The notes under the pieces are model-generated. The model was not told where the DNA came from. It made no database searches and was given only the letters and a program-made list of their open reading frames with translations. A DNA stretch of 64,000 nt from Hormiphora californensis (lineage: Eukaryota > Animalia > Ctenophora), in contig CM035352.1 of NCBI GenBank assembly GCA_020137815.1, forward strand, positions 1,984,001 through 2,048,000. Direction: 5' to 3'. Numbering within the stretch: position 1 is the stretch's first letter; each line of letters begins with the position of its first letter. The translations under genes were made by a program, and so were the position numbers. Positions 1-12,387 of this stretch are shown here, piece by piece.

Positions 1-269
1 CAAAATCAGATGAACTGTGTGGTAAATTCACTGTTGGTGGTAGAGGTTGAGGTAGCTTTGCTGTTGCAGGTCCCGTCACATTTCCACCGTGTGCGTCACT
101 CACACTTCCGTTCATTGTTTAGTAGCTATTTGGGAATTTGGGAAGTCAGAAGTATTGTTGCGACATATAATATACATATTTCAAGTCTGCAGACTATTAT
201 AAAACTATAATTATAAAACACAATGATAGACATTTTAAAAACGGTACATAACAATAAAAATAGATATCG

Positions 270-1196
270 TCACCTACTCTCCTTATTAAAAAGCTCAGTT
301 TTAGAGGGAAACAAATGGCTAACTTCCACTAGCAACTTTAAATCTCCAAGGCCAAAACTATCAGGTGTCCTCTCTAAGCTCAAGCCGATACCCTCAAACT
401 CTCGGACAAAGTCTCTTTCGTTCTCAGGAGTTAGAACACCTCTCCTTGCCAGGACCTGCCACAACTCCTTTTCTCCGTAATAAGTTATACAGCTGATAAT
501 GTCTTCTAGCCGCTCCAGAGAGATATCCAACACAGGGAGAACACGGGGTCTGAGCTTGACAACTTGGGCATTAGAAGAGGCATTGGTTGTGAAGCAATGA
601 GAAGGAATGACTGGTCCTAGTTCAGTGTGAAAGTAGTTGCTAACCACGACATCAAATGGTTTTCCAGGTATGCTAGTATTTCCACACATCCGGTTGGCAC
701 GTTGCTCGGCAAAATATCCGCTGATCAACACAGGCTGGTATGAGAACAGTTGCGTGGTGTTAGTATAGTCACGAATCAACTGGTCCAGATAGAAAAAGTT
801 TTGGTAGAAGTTAGCGAAACCCAGGGTCACAATTAGACGTTCATCCGGTGTTTTTCCGGCATACTCGGCGTGAAAGTCCATGAAATGTGGGTTGCCATGT
901 TTGATAGAAAACTGTGGATGCAGCTGCTTAATTTTAATCAGGTGGCTGATGCATTCGCGGTTAAACTCAACAGCCAACAACTTTTTGACATTTCGCTTTA
1001 GCAACTCGACTGATAATTGGCCAAATCCAGCGCCTAGTTCACAAACATTATCAGCTGGGTTAGGATCAATAAAGTTAACAATACTCTCTGCTGCTCCGTT
1101 ATCAGTTAGAAACGATGAGATACCGACACTGGATTCACGTGTGACAAGGGAAGCTCTTACTATGTCACTTTTCCGGGGAAAACGGGGAAACTTCAT
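270..1196 (-). CDS. rRNA adenine dimethyltransferase family (KsgA/Dim1), most like mitochondrial transcription factor B (TFB1M/TFB2M-like); intronless
   Basis: SAM-binding motif NVCELGAGFGQLSVELL...LLAVE and C-terminal VVKLRPR. First true ATG is at 1196 (MKFPRFPRK, basic and presequence-like); the ORF track starts at an upstream GTG. Confidence 0.75.
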   Translation of the reverse strand: MKFPRFPRKSDIVRASLVTRESSVGISSFLTDNGAAESIVNFIDPNPADNVCELGAGFGQLSVELLKRNVKKLLAVEFNRECISHLIKIKQLHPQFSIKHGNPHFMDFHAEYAGKTPDERLIVTLGFANFYQNFFYLDQLIRDYTNTTQLFSYQPVLISGYFAEQRANRMCGNTSIPGKPFDVVVSNYFHTELGPVIPSHCFTTNASSNAQVVKLRPRVLPVLDISLERLEDIISCITYYGEKELWQVLARRGVLTPENERDFVREFEGIGLSLERTPDSFGLGDLKLLVEVSHLFPSKTELFNKESR

Positions 1197-1392
1197 ACCA
1201 CTAACTGCTATGGAGTGAATTGAATCATGTAGAAACAAGTCTTTTGTTTGGCAAAAAAAACAAAAAATAGCTGGAATTAATAAACGTGGATACGAGTTTC
1301 TTGGCTGTCGAAACGGGTTAAAAAGTTTAAGTTTATGCACAACTTATCACCAAGTCACACAAACTCAAAGCTGCCCGCAGCCCGTTAGGGTC

Positions 1393-1540
1393 AGGTTAGG
1401 GCTATTTTTGGGGTTAATGGTTTGTAATATCGATTATTTCACCCCTTCCTTATTTCGTTATTCTTAACCTTGAAAAACCGTGAGTGGCGACACTTTAAAC
1501 GCCCAGATTTTCTCAAAACGCCCAGATTTTCTCAAAAACG
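1393..1540. repeat. Dispersed repeat (GGTTAGGGCTATTTTTGGG... family), internally shorter than the copy at 21004-21380
   Basis: Near-identical to 21004-21042 plus 21263-21380. Confidence 0.75.
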
Positions 1541-2410
1541 TTCTTGTGGAAACAGTGGTAACCAAATTTGTCCTAAAAGGCCTTGCAGCTAAAGATAATA
1601 TATCAGCTAAACTACTACAAATTGAAGCGGAACAAAATCATGTGTTCTTCTGGCAGATTGCTGCTACCAAAAGATATTTGGTTTGGAAGTCGACTCAACT
1701 AGACGGTGTCCAGATCCAGGATTCTAACAGAGATTCAATCAGAACTATTAACTTGGGAAGTTTAGAGCCGGACACTTTCCTGTACTCAAAAGAGGAAATG
1801 AGACAGTACACATGTAGTTTATGGGACCGGTCACTCAAATCATCGATTAACCATTTGACTCGAGATGACCCTTTCAGCATACTTCCTATTCACTCTCAAG
1901 AAGAACTCGCCAACCTTATCAACTCAGAGGCCATTTTGGATTTCCCCATAGTTCCAAGAAACATGTCCCGACAGAACTCATCTCAGGTCTTAGACTTTGT
2001 ACATGGCAGATCCTTACGTTTTCAAGACTTCAGCTTCAGTTACCTGAGATACGAGCGATCACTTACAGTTCCCAATTGTCTTGAATGTGGCCAACTCCCA
2101 GATTCAACATTCCACAAGTTGTTTGAATGTTCTGCGATAAAAGATGTGGAAGGGCCCCGTGAGGAACTAAGGGTGATATCTTCTTATGAAATGAACTTCC
2201 ATCTTCCACTAATTTTCTCCAAAGACAAGCAGGTAAAATCGAACTTTAGAAAGCTAGTAAGAGCTGTAATAGAATAATCTTTATTTGGGGATCAACTGCT
2301 TGTGTAATGGGTTTATATTCTAATCAATTGTAAATGTATAACTGACCAACACGAGACGTACACACTGTGTACGAATCGCACTCCATGGAGTGAATTTTTA
2401 ACTAACTTAT
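1541..2410 (+). mobile_element. 3' fragment of a non-LTR retrotransposon (LINE ORF2 C-terminus plus 3' UTR)
   Basis: CLECGQLPDSTFHKLFEC matches the C-terminal CxxC...H...C zinc knuckle of LINE ORF2. The 5' end is truncated against the preceding repeat. Confidence 0.6.
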
Positions 2411-3516
2411 TTAATCAATTTACAATATATTTTAATCACAATCCATATAATAATTTCCAAAATGTTAGTCCGATAATTGTTTTCTCCCTACTCCTCCTAC
2501 AGTTTTTGAGCTAGACCCCTGAAAATTTGTACACTGGTACTTTGGACCAAGGCGGGTGTAAGTACGGGCTCAGATTTTTGATCCGATCTTTACAACAGTG
2601 ACGTCACGGGGTGACGTCATTGCGCCAAAAATACTTACATTTTTTCAAACGCTTCTAAGACCCTGAAAACGGCTCTAAATCAAAAAACTAACGCAATAGT
2701 GGGGAAAGAGAATCGTTTGAACTTCATTTTACATGATAGCGATTTCCCGTAACTCAATGTTTAAGGGTCGTAAATCGCGTCGGGAAAGTTAAAAATGCCA
2801 AAAATACGATATTTTTCACCGTAGCCACCCAAAATCTTATCCAATCGATATGAAACTTGGTCGTTATGTGAACTTTAATGTCCTTTGGCCAGGGGTTCCC
2901 GGAAAACGGATTGGCAAGATGAGAACTGACCGGAGTTCTTATGGAGGCCCGAAAACGTGTTCCGACGCGCACCCTGCGGCGCGAAATTTAGTGTGCGACG
3001 CGCACCGAGTTTAAAAATTTCAGTCAAGCCGCTCAAAAAATTGAAAAAAAAATTTGTCTGCGAGAGTTCCCTAACCTTTTTATTTGACTTACGGCATGTC
3101 TGTCATCAAAATTAAGTGTGCGACGCGCACCCAGTTTTGGATTTACAGTCCACCCGCTGAAAAAGCTGAAAAAATTTTTGTGGACAAAAGTTCCCAAACC
3201 TATTTTATTTGACTTACGGCATGTCTGTGATCGAAAATAAGTATATTTGAGACTACCAAGTTGGATGATAGTGGAGTAAAAACCCTAGTAAAGGTCACGC
3301 GCCCATTTCTGGTGAAAATGGGCCCATTTACGTCCATTAATGGGCCCATTAACAACAAAATGGGCCCATTTTCGCTGAATGCGCCCATAAATGGGCCCAT
3401 TTTCGCTGACATTTAGAACGCGCAAATGTAAAGCCGCGCATTTTGGCCAACTTGTCGTCCAAAGCTGAGCCTGAAAGTCGCGTTGGATACACGGCAACGG
3501 TTACCACAATGCGAGG

Positions 3517-4502
3517 AACCTTCTGTGAAACATATCACCTTCCCTTTCTAGCCCTATCGCCAATTGCTACCCCATTTCCCGTGCTGTAAACCTTCTGTAA
3601 AACATCTCACCTTCCCTTTCTAGCCCTCTCGCCAATTGCTACCCGGTACCCCCTTTCCCGTACTGTAAACCTTCTGTGAAACATCTCACCTTCCCTTTCT
3701 AGCCTTTTCGCCAATTGCTACCCCCTTTCCCGTGCTGTAAACCTTTTATAAAACATCTCACCTCCCCTTTCTAGCCTTTTCGCCAATTGCTACCCCATTT
3801 CCCGTGCTGTAAACCTTCTGTGAAACATCTCACCTTCCCTTTCCAGCCCTATCGCCAATTGCTACCCCCTTTCCCGTGCTGTAAACCTTCTATGAAACAT
3901 CTCACCTTCCCTTTCTAGCCTTTTCGCCAATTGCTACCCCCTTTCCCGTGCTGTAAACCTTTTATAAAACATCTCACCTCCCCTTTCTAGCCTTTTCGCC
4001 AATTGCTACCCCATTTCCCGTGCTGTAAACCTTCTGTGAAACATCTCACCTTCCCTTTCCAGCCCTATCGCCAATTGCTACCCCCCTTTCCCGTACTGTA
4101 AACCTTCTGTGAAACATCTCACCTTCCTTTTCTAGCACTATCGCCAATTGCTACCCCATTTCCCGTGCTGTAAACCTTCTGTAAAACATCTCACCTTCCC
4201 TTTCTAGCCCTCTCGCCAATTGCTACCCGGTACCCCCTTTCCCGTACTGTAAACCTTCTGTGAAACATCTCACCTTCCCTTTCCAGCCCTATCGCCAATT
4301 GCTACCCCCTTTCCCGTGCTGTAAACCTTCTGTGAAACATCTCACCTTCCCTTTCCAGCCCTATCGCCAATTGCTACCCCCTTTCCCGTGCTGTAAACCT
4401 TCTATGAAACATCTCACCTTCCCTTTCTAGCCTTTTCGCCAATTGCTACCCCCTTTCCCGTGCTGTAAACCTTTTATAAAACATCTCACCTCCCCTTTCT
4501 AG
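3517..4502. repeat. 72-bp tandem minisatellite, about 13-14 copies
   Basis: Unit AAACCTTCTGTGAAACATCTCACCTTCCCTTTCCAGCCCTATCGCCAATTGCTACCCCCTTTCCCGTGCTGT; starts recur at 3811 and 3883. Confidence 0.95.
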
Positions 4503-5309
4503 GGTTCCACACTTACATACCAACAACCTCCATACCAACATCCCCCATACCACATAGGTATGGAGGGTGTTGGTATGGAAGCGTTTTGTGAGGTTCAGTG
4601 ACCTCCATACCAACTCATAGATTATATTTAGAGAGTTGGTATGGAGGGTATTAAAGTCTCTATAACGCTTCCATACCAACTCGATGCAGCCATACAAACT
4701 TGTGAAAATCCTTGATATCTGGGTGTATGGCACTGTCAATTAGAGCTGGCCCGATGTACGATTCAATTACACGATTCATATATCACGATACGGAATTCAA
4801 GTGGCTTAGCTTTGGGTGGGGTGTGCCTTTCACGTACTGTGTGTGTTTAGTTAAATGCAATACAAACGTAAGATATCACTGTGGTCTGTGTCTTACCCTC
4901 AACCAACAGCCAACAATTCCTATAACAGTGGCCTAGGAATGTGGCTCCGATGTAGCTCTTACCGATACAGCTGGTGCACTGTGCAAATAACCTTTTATGC
5001 CAGGTTTTTCTATCGGCGGTTCAGCCTAGTGGAAGACGTGTTGTAATACGTATTGCATCTTGTCACTACCTCTATCACAAGAGAAGTTGGTAGTACCAAC
5101 ACCCTCATGCCACACTCAACCCAACCCTTTAGGGTCTAAACCCCAAACCCCTCCGAAACCTCCATCTAAACCACCTAAACCCATCCTAAACATCACCCAT
5201 CAAATCTGAACAGAAGTAAATCACCAAGATATAGTATGTACATAACTACATAGTGAGGAAGTTTTGTTTTCTCCTTCCGGCTGGACAAATGAGTAGACGT
5301 AGATTTTAT

Positions 5310-5362
5310 TGTAGAATAACGCTATCAATTTCGGCGCACAGCACCATCTTCAGGCTATAATA
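5310..5362 (-). ncRNA. Candidate minimal type-I hammerhead ribozyme
   Basis: Minus strand reads TTATAGC-CTGAAGA-T-GGTGC-TGT-GCGCC-GAAA-TTGAT-A-GCGTT: catalytic cores and stem II present, stem I weak; followed by AATAAA. Confidence 0.45.
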
Positions 5363-5501
5363 TACGGAATACACATGTTAGAAAAACTGTACACATACCA
5401 ATCGTAAAATAAAAATTACTGGAAAATTCTAAAGCTAAGCTAATTTAGTGAAATAGTAAAAAGTTGAAAACTAGCGGATGAATTATAAAACAAAGTAAGT
5501 T

Positions 5502-6849
5502 ACCTGACCCTAACGTTCGGCGCTTTGAGTTTGTGTGACTTGGTGATAATGTGTCATAAACTTAAACTTTTTAACCCGTTTCGACAGCCAAGAAACCGTA
5601 TCCACGTTTATTATTCCAGCTATTTTTTTTTTTTGCCAAACAAAAGACTTGTTTCTACATGTTCAATTCACTCCATAGCAGTTAGTGTATGAAGTTTCCC
5701 CGTTTTCCCCGGAAAAGTGACATAGTAAGAGCTTCCCTTGTCACACGTAATCCAGGTCGGTATCTCATCGTTTCTAACTGATAAGGGAGCAGCAGAGAGT
5801 AGTTAACTTTATTGATCCTAACCCAGCTGATAAGTTTTGTGAACTAGGCGCTGGATTTGCCAATTATCAGTCGAGTTGCTAAAGCGAATGTCAAAAGTTG
5901 TTGGCTGTTGAGTTTAACCGCGAATGCATCAGCCACCTGATTAAAATTAAGCAGCTGCATCCACAGTTTTCTATCAAACATGGCAACCCACATTTCATGG
6001 ACTTTCACGCCAGTATGCCGGAAAACACCGGATGAACGTCTAATTGTGACCCTGGGTTTCGCTAACTTCTCCAAAACTTTTTCTATCTGGACCAGTTGAT
6101 TCGTGACTATACTAACACCACGCAACTGTTCTCATACCAGCCTGTGTGTATCAGCGGATATTTTGCCGAGCAACGTGCCAACCGGATGTGTGAAAATACA
6201 GCATACCTGGAAAACCATTTGATGTCGTGGTTAGCAACTACTTCCACACCGAATTAGGACCAGTCATTCCTGCTCATTGCTTCACAACCAATGCCTCTTC
6301 TAATGCCCAAGTTGTAAAGCTCAGACCCCGTGTTCTCCCTGTTTTGGATATCTCTCTGGAGCGCTAGAAGACATTATCAGCTGTATAACTTATTACGGGA
6401 GAAAGGAGTTGTGGCAGGTCCTGGAAGGAGAGGTGTTCTAACTCCTGAGAACGAAAAGGACTTTGTCGGAGTTTGAGGGTATCGCTTGAGCTTAGAGAGG
6501 ACACCTGATAGTTTTGGCCTGGAGATTAAAGTTGCTAGTGGAAGTTAGCATTTGTTTCCCTCTAAACTGAGCTTTTTAATAAGGAGAGTAGGTGACGATA
6601 TCTTTTTTATTGTTATGTACCGTTTTTAAATGTCTATCATTGTGTTTTATAATTATAGTTTTATAATAGTCTGCAGACTTGAAAATTGTATATTATATGT
6701 CGCAACAATACTTCTGACTTCCCAATTCCCAAATAGCTACTAAACATGAACGGAAGTGTGAGTGACACACGGTGGAAATGTGACGGGACCTGCAACAGCA
6801 AGCACCTCAACCTCCACCAACATTGAATTTACCACACAGTTCATCTGAT
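5502..6849 (+). pseudogene. Inverted, frameshifted duplicate of 5-1396, including the TFB-like gene (pseudogene or assembly duplicate)
   Basis: Reverse complement of 5-1396, differing mostly by scattered 1-bp deletions. Confidence 0.85.
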
Positions 6850-6859
6850 GAAGGATTGG

Positions 6860-7435
6860 AGTGGCTGACCTTCACTCTACTTCTGCACAGAGTAACAAAG
6901 CTAAGAAGAAAGAAAAACACACGGCTAGAACCAGAGTATATAGTGAATAGTTTGATAAATCTGAAGCAGTTGAGCGATGTAAAATGCTCGGTATCTGACT
7001 GTTAAAAGTGACTGTCGGTTTGAAACTCACAGTAACAAGGAGGCCGTTGAAAATGCACTTTATAATGAATGATTTGACGGTCCAATGTATGGTGAAAGGC
7101 ATATTCGCAGATGCCCTAGTACAGATGAAGTCTCTTCTTGAGGAGGGGGAGTCTCCGAGTTCCGTGTTTCCCTGGCAACAGAAGGTAGTGAGTGGAGATA
7201 TCGGGGGAGAGTTATCACATCTGATTATCCTGTAAAACTCAGTACCGCTGGCACCACAGCACCGATCTAACATTCGTTAGTTACTGTTATTTGTGTTATA
7301 CGAAGTGCTAGCCCCACTTGAGCCAACAAACTATTATTGCTTGCTCATCTATAGTACATGATAACTGATAAGCACACTCACGTGCCAACTCATTTACATA
7401 CCTCATCTTTTGTTTTCTTGGCCATTCTCTTCTCT

Positions 7436-7467
<32 letters not shown>

Positions 7468-7506
7468 CCTCTCGTCCTCTCTCGCCTCTCTCTTCCCTCC
7501 TCTCTC

Positions 7507-7537
<31 letters not shown>

Positions 7538-7592
7538 TCTCTCTTCTATCCTCTCTTTTCTTCTCTCCCCTCATCTCTCTTCCTCTCTCTTC

Positions 7593-7623
<31 letters not shown>

Positions 7624-8060
7624 TTTCTCTCTCTCTCTATCTTCTCTCTCTATCTCTCTCTCTCTCTCTCTTTCTCGTTCTCTCTTCTCATTTCACGCTC
7701 TCACTTCTGCACTACTCTTACGCGTTTATCTTCCATCTACCTCTACCTCTACTCTCTGCCTTGTTTGTTGACGTGTTGGCTTATTGTGTACTGTGCGTCA
7801 TTAGTAGCTACATCACAGTAGCAGCTAACAAATGGACCGGGAGGACAAAAATACACAATGATCTGTTCACCAGTGTACAGTCCTTCCATGGTATTACTCC
7901 TTATCATCCTACTAACATCACTCTCTTGTCTCACGACGTCTTACACATTTCAGACAATGCATTGTGTTGTAGGATGCTTATTGTATTGGGGGAACGAGTT
8001 ATTCGAATTAAATTCTTCTGTTGTGGCAATGCCACAGCCCCATAAGCCACCATGTTTTCA
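6860..8060 (-). CDS. Possible two-exon Cys-containing membrane protein (frameshifted)
   Basis: Signal-like MKTWWLMGL near 8060, coding-like segments either side of a GA-rich intron, and hydrophobic YTLVLAVCFSFFLALLLC near 6900. Confidence 0.25.
7420..7760. repeat. (CT)n/(GA)n low-complexity tract
   Basis: Directly visible. Confidence 0.95.
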
Positions 8061-8237
8061 TAGAATGTTTTGACCTTCTAGGTCAAAACATTTTATATAA
8101 CGCGATTTTTTGTTTTTGGCCTTTTTCTGCATCAAATGTTTGTTGTTCTTTGAACTCCAGTTTACCCCTATATTTATCTAAATGACGCCCATTCCTTCTG
8201 CAAATTTTATACAGCTGACAATCGATTCACTATTAGG

Positions 8238-10265
8238 ATGTCCGACCCACCACCAGAAGTGAACGCCGGAGAAGGGCAACACCCTCCTCCGGCTCAAGGT
8301 GCTCCTTCTCAGGGTGCTTATCCCCAACCAGTATACTACCTGCGGTTATACATATCTACTTCACCTCAGTGCCTACCCACCCAGGGTTCCTACCACCCAG
8401 GGGCTACCCACCTCAGGGTGCCTCCCCTCAGGCCACCCACCTCAGGGTGCCTACCCACCTCAGGGGGCCCACCCACCTCAGGGTGCCTACCCACCTCAGG
8501 GGTCCTACCCACATCCTGGTCTTCAACAAATGGAAATCGTCCAGCAGCCGGGTCCTCAATCTTCGGAAAAAACGGATGCGATAAGGATGATTTACGGTAT
8601 CATGCTTTTACTATGGATCTTCAAACTGGTATTGATTCATTTGTATGAAAAATACGGGATTGAATTATGGAGTGGTATTTTATTACAGAGACTGGATTGT
8701 ATACTTCGTCGGATTCTTCGTTGCAGTTTTTGGCATCATTCTGGTTAGTCTACAATTTACTCTATCGTCCGAAACAAATTTCGTTATCACTAACCTCTCT
8801 ACCACATCATGCATGGATATATGATACACCAACAAGATTGATCCCCAGATTGATTGTATTATGTTCTAACATAATGCTGAATTTCCCTGCCCTATGAAGC
8901 TGAGAAGAAAGGAAATCATGGGTACATTAGCTGTAGCAGCAAAGGGGACACAAAATCCCGATGATTTATATATACAAACAGTATAATAGAACAAATCCTT
9001 GTGTTTTAGTAACACTAAATTGCGCGCCACGCACAGCCACATTGCGCACTCCAACATTTCCTGAAGACGTGTCAATGACGTGTTTGATGAAGTAGCAGCT
9101 CATCACTGTGTGCGTGGCTATACCGTTGCCCCGCATACCCGGACAAAAAAAGTCCTTACAGTTTCTGTAGTATTTACAAGTTTTCGAATTTTAAACCCTG
9201 CTATGCGTTTTTGCAAAGCAAAAAGAGATCCCGGGCGGGAAAAATGGCAGGAAAAAAACGTAAATTATAACAAAAATAATTGAAATTAGTAGGCCGGGAA
9301 GATTTTCCTATTAATTGAGGTACTTTTGACAGCATCATAATCACTTTTGAACACGACATTGTATTCTGCAACATGTCTGTATCCCATGAATGACAAGTTG
9401 GCAAAGCTAACTCGAATAATAGGGCAACCTTTCCGTCCTACTAATTTCAATTATTCTTGATATATTTATATAATCATTACATACATAACGCAAATGATTA
9501 TTAGATTTTCAGATTTTTCTTGGAAAATACAAAAAGATTGAACGAAAGAACGTTGTTGTTAACACTATCTTATTGGTGATTATATCACTCATATGGCTCT
9601 TACTACTAATCTGTGGGTGAGCGATTTGCTCAACCAGTGCCCACTGCTTTTGTTATGGTGCTGATTTGTATGGTCTTGTTCACACTTCAAAGCAAATGGA
9701 AGATAACAGAGATCGGAATTTGTCCTGGAGTTATTCCTCTGGTTCTTTTGGTGATTGTGACTAGCGTACTGAGTCATTCATATGCATGATGATATGGGAC
9801 TACAATCACTCAAGCCAAGTCGGTTACACCTATAAAATAACATTCAGTCAATTTATAAATGTAAGTAATAAACCAGGGGCCTGACGAACGTGTTGATTGG
9901 TTTGGTGATGAAATCCCCTATAATTTTTTGCAGGCTTCGTTAGCCGCGATGCGCACGGCTAGTGTAGGGGTGACTGTGTCACTAATTGATTGTTGAATTG
10001 CTCCATCAGGCAGTAAATGGGCTCTTTTAGAACAGTCTTTTAAACAAAAACTTTTCAGAACCTGGTGAAAGGACGGAATATTACGCCGAAAATTCTTTTT
10101 CTCTTCACTGTTATTTGGCTGTGGATTGGTTCTCGGCGATTGTTCAGTGTTTACAATGTGAAGGAAGGGCGAGACTACGTGTTTGCCCTTGTAATAATGT
10201 ATGCTGAACCGGGTATCCAACTATTGGAGATGTGTTGTCCACAGCCACCAACCTCATCTAATTGA
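8238..10265 (+). CDS. TMBIM/Lifeguard (Bax inhibitor-1 superfamily, GRINA-like) membrane protein; multi-exon, with indels
   Basis: N-terminal PPQGAYPP repeats, then AIRMIYGIML, VLFTLQSKWKIT (about 9670-9710) and terminal DYVFALVIMY. These resemble the LFG motifs FIRKVY / LFTFQTKxDFT / EEYIFAAL. Confidence 0.6.
9273..9456. repeat. Inverted-repeat (MITE-like) segment in an intron
   Basis: AATAATTGAAATTAGTAGG...CCCTATT paired with AATAGGG...CCTACTAATTTCAATTATT. Confidence 0.55.
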
Positions 10266-10937
10266 CTTCCGACCAATTAACAGGGGATATTTCTGTGTAA
10301 CCATATTTAATGTACATAATATTAGTTATTTGTAGAAACTGGAATGGAATCAACTTAAACTGATTCGATACATTATATACAAAGTAAATAATGACTCTTT
10401 TACCTTTTTTTAGTGTTGAGTTCTCTTTTAAAGTATATTGTGTAAACTTTAATGCATATTATAATGTCTTTATCTAGCAGTTGAATACTAACGAATATTG
10501 TGTATTATATAATGTCTTTATCTAACAGTTGAATACTAACGAATATTGTTGATTTTTCTACCAAGGCTGGTTGGGGTAAAAAACTATGTACTATAATCCC
10601 GGAGCATAACTCGGTGAAATTATAAAGTGGCGGTTCAGATATCTTGCTTGATTAATTCGCATGACAAATTCCTCTCCAGTATAAACGCCCCCCCCCCCCC
10701 GATTGACCCAGGGCTAAGTCTTAGCGCATTGTGCGTCTTTGACACTCAGCCGAAAATAGAGCACCACTGTTAGTACGCCCATTCTCCACACTCATTCTCC
10801 ACAAAGCGTGCCCATTTCCACTGCTACGTTTGGTTTTGTACTAGTAAAATAAGGTCAAAATAAGCAAAGTTATAATTCTTTCTAGCCTAGCTTATAAATT
10901 TCTTTTTCATGTTATTGATGATTTTCTGAATCCTAGA

Positions 10938-12253
10938 ATGAATATTCCTGACGTACTTAGTATTCTACGAGGGCTCCAACGGGCTTCCCAGTTACAGCAA
11001 CAACAACTTGACCACCTTATCATACTAGCAGAGCAGCGTTACTTAGCATCCGACCCTCAGCAACACTCCTTAGCAACGCAACACTCCTTAGCAACGCAAC
11101 AATCCCTAGCAACGCAACAATCCTAGCAACGCAACAATCCCTTGCAACGCAACAATCCCTTGCAACGCAACAATCCCTTGCAACGCACTCTGAGCAACAA
11201 TCCCTCGCAACACACTCTGAGCAGCACTGCACTATTGGGGAGGTAGTAAAAGCTGGAACCAAACGGAAGATCTCAGTTACTGACGCCCAGTCATACCCTG
11301 ATGAAGGGCCAAGAGAGAAGAGGGAACACTTGGATAAAATTCTAGAGAAACCTGATTTTCGAACAATTTGGGATGGCATCACAGTCCAGCTGGAACTGGG
11401 GGAAGGGCTGGCAAATCTCAAGAACGGTGATAAAATGTCAGAGATTCTGAGAGAGGCGTGTAAAAAAGCCAAGTTAGCTGTTGCTATGCAGTACAATAAT
11501 CTCCAGTCGGGATATCTGAAAGTTATTACCAAAAACAATGCTAAGATTGATAGAATTCAGTATACCGTTTCTTCCTCAGCGGAAAGTGCCATCTATTTCG
11601 AAGCACACGATCTCAACCGGTTTAGAGATTCCATGAAAGACTTCCAGAAAGCTCTGTCTGACCACAAGGCGCACTTCAAATGCCATCCTCGGGCATCTCT
11701 CCTCTCCGAATCTGTCTTCTCCTGCCTGACCAACCCCGAGTACCGTGTTAAGCGACAACGGCTTCCCTTCGCCATTTGCTGTATGCCCAAACCCGGACTT
11801 TTGTCATTTTTTGTAACAGATTGGGCGTATCAGGATCCTGCCATGCCCAATTCGTCCATATTGCTCCATTACGCCACCCTACAAGTAGACAAGTTTATAC
11901 CGGCTGCAGAGCTAGCTAGTGATCAATGGGCAGCGATGGAGAGTCAACTATTGGGCGCTGCGTGTCCTGCCCAATGTGGTCTGGGCAGTGTCAGTATGTT
12001 CTTCCACGTTAACCGTGGTAACATCATCTGTGGGAAAGTGATGGCTGCCAAGAACTCACCCTTGGAGGGACAATTGAAATTACGGTTGTACCCCCATTAC
12101 ACCAATAGGAGAGGGGGTACCGGGGTTTTCCTGAGTTTTAATGATCATGGAAGTCTGTACGAGAAGGCACTCGATGGACTGAGTGGTGTAGTGGATTTCG
12201 TTGAGAATGATTTTGATGTTGTGAAGAATGATTTTGATGTCAATTCACTCTAA
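10938..12253 (+). CDS. Intronless hypothetical protein of about 438 aa with QQSLAT repeats; one apparent 1-bp frameshift
   Basis: ORFs 10938-11126 and 11330-12253 join if one C is restored in an 18-bp repeat unit near 11122 (CAACAATCCTAGC vs CAACAATCCCTAGC). Confidence 0.55.
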
Positions 12254-12387
12254 CATATCACATAATGTTATTCATATATTATCGCGTTTTAGCTCCGTGT
12301 TATATCTGAATGATTCCTCTTCTACCATGTATCTGTCTGTACTCTGTCTGTACTGTGTAACCTTGTCAGTAAGTACACAATTCAACC

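Noticed and set aside
3517-4502. Regular array resembling CRISPR
   Set aside because: Whole 72-bp units repeat with no unique spacers, there are no cas genes, and the context is eukaryotic.
7308-8045. SL/RE-dipeptide-rich ORFs (also 24942-27095 and 58744-59061)
   Set aside because: Translations of CT/GA microsatellites.
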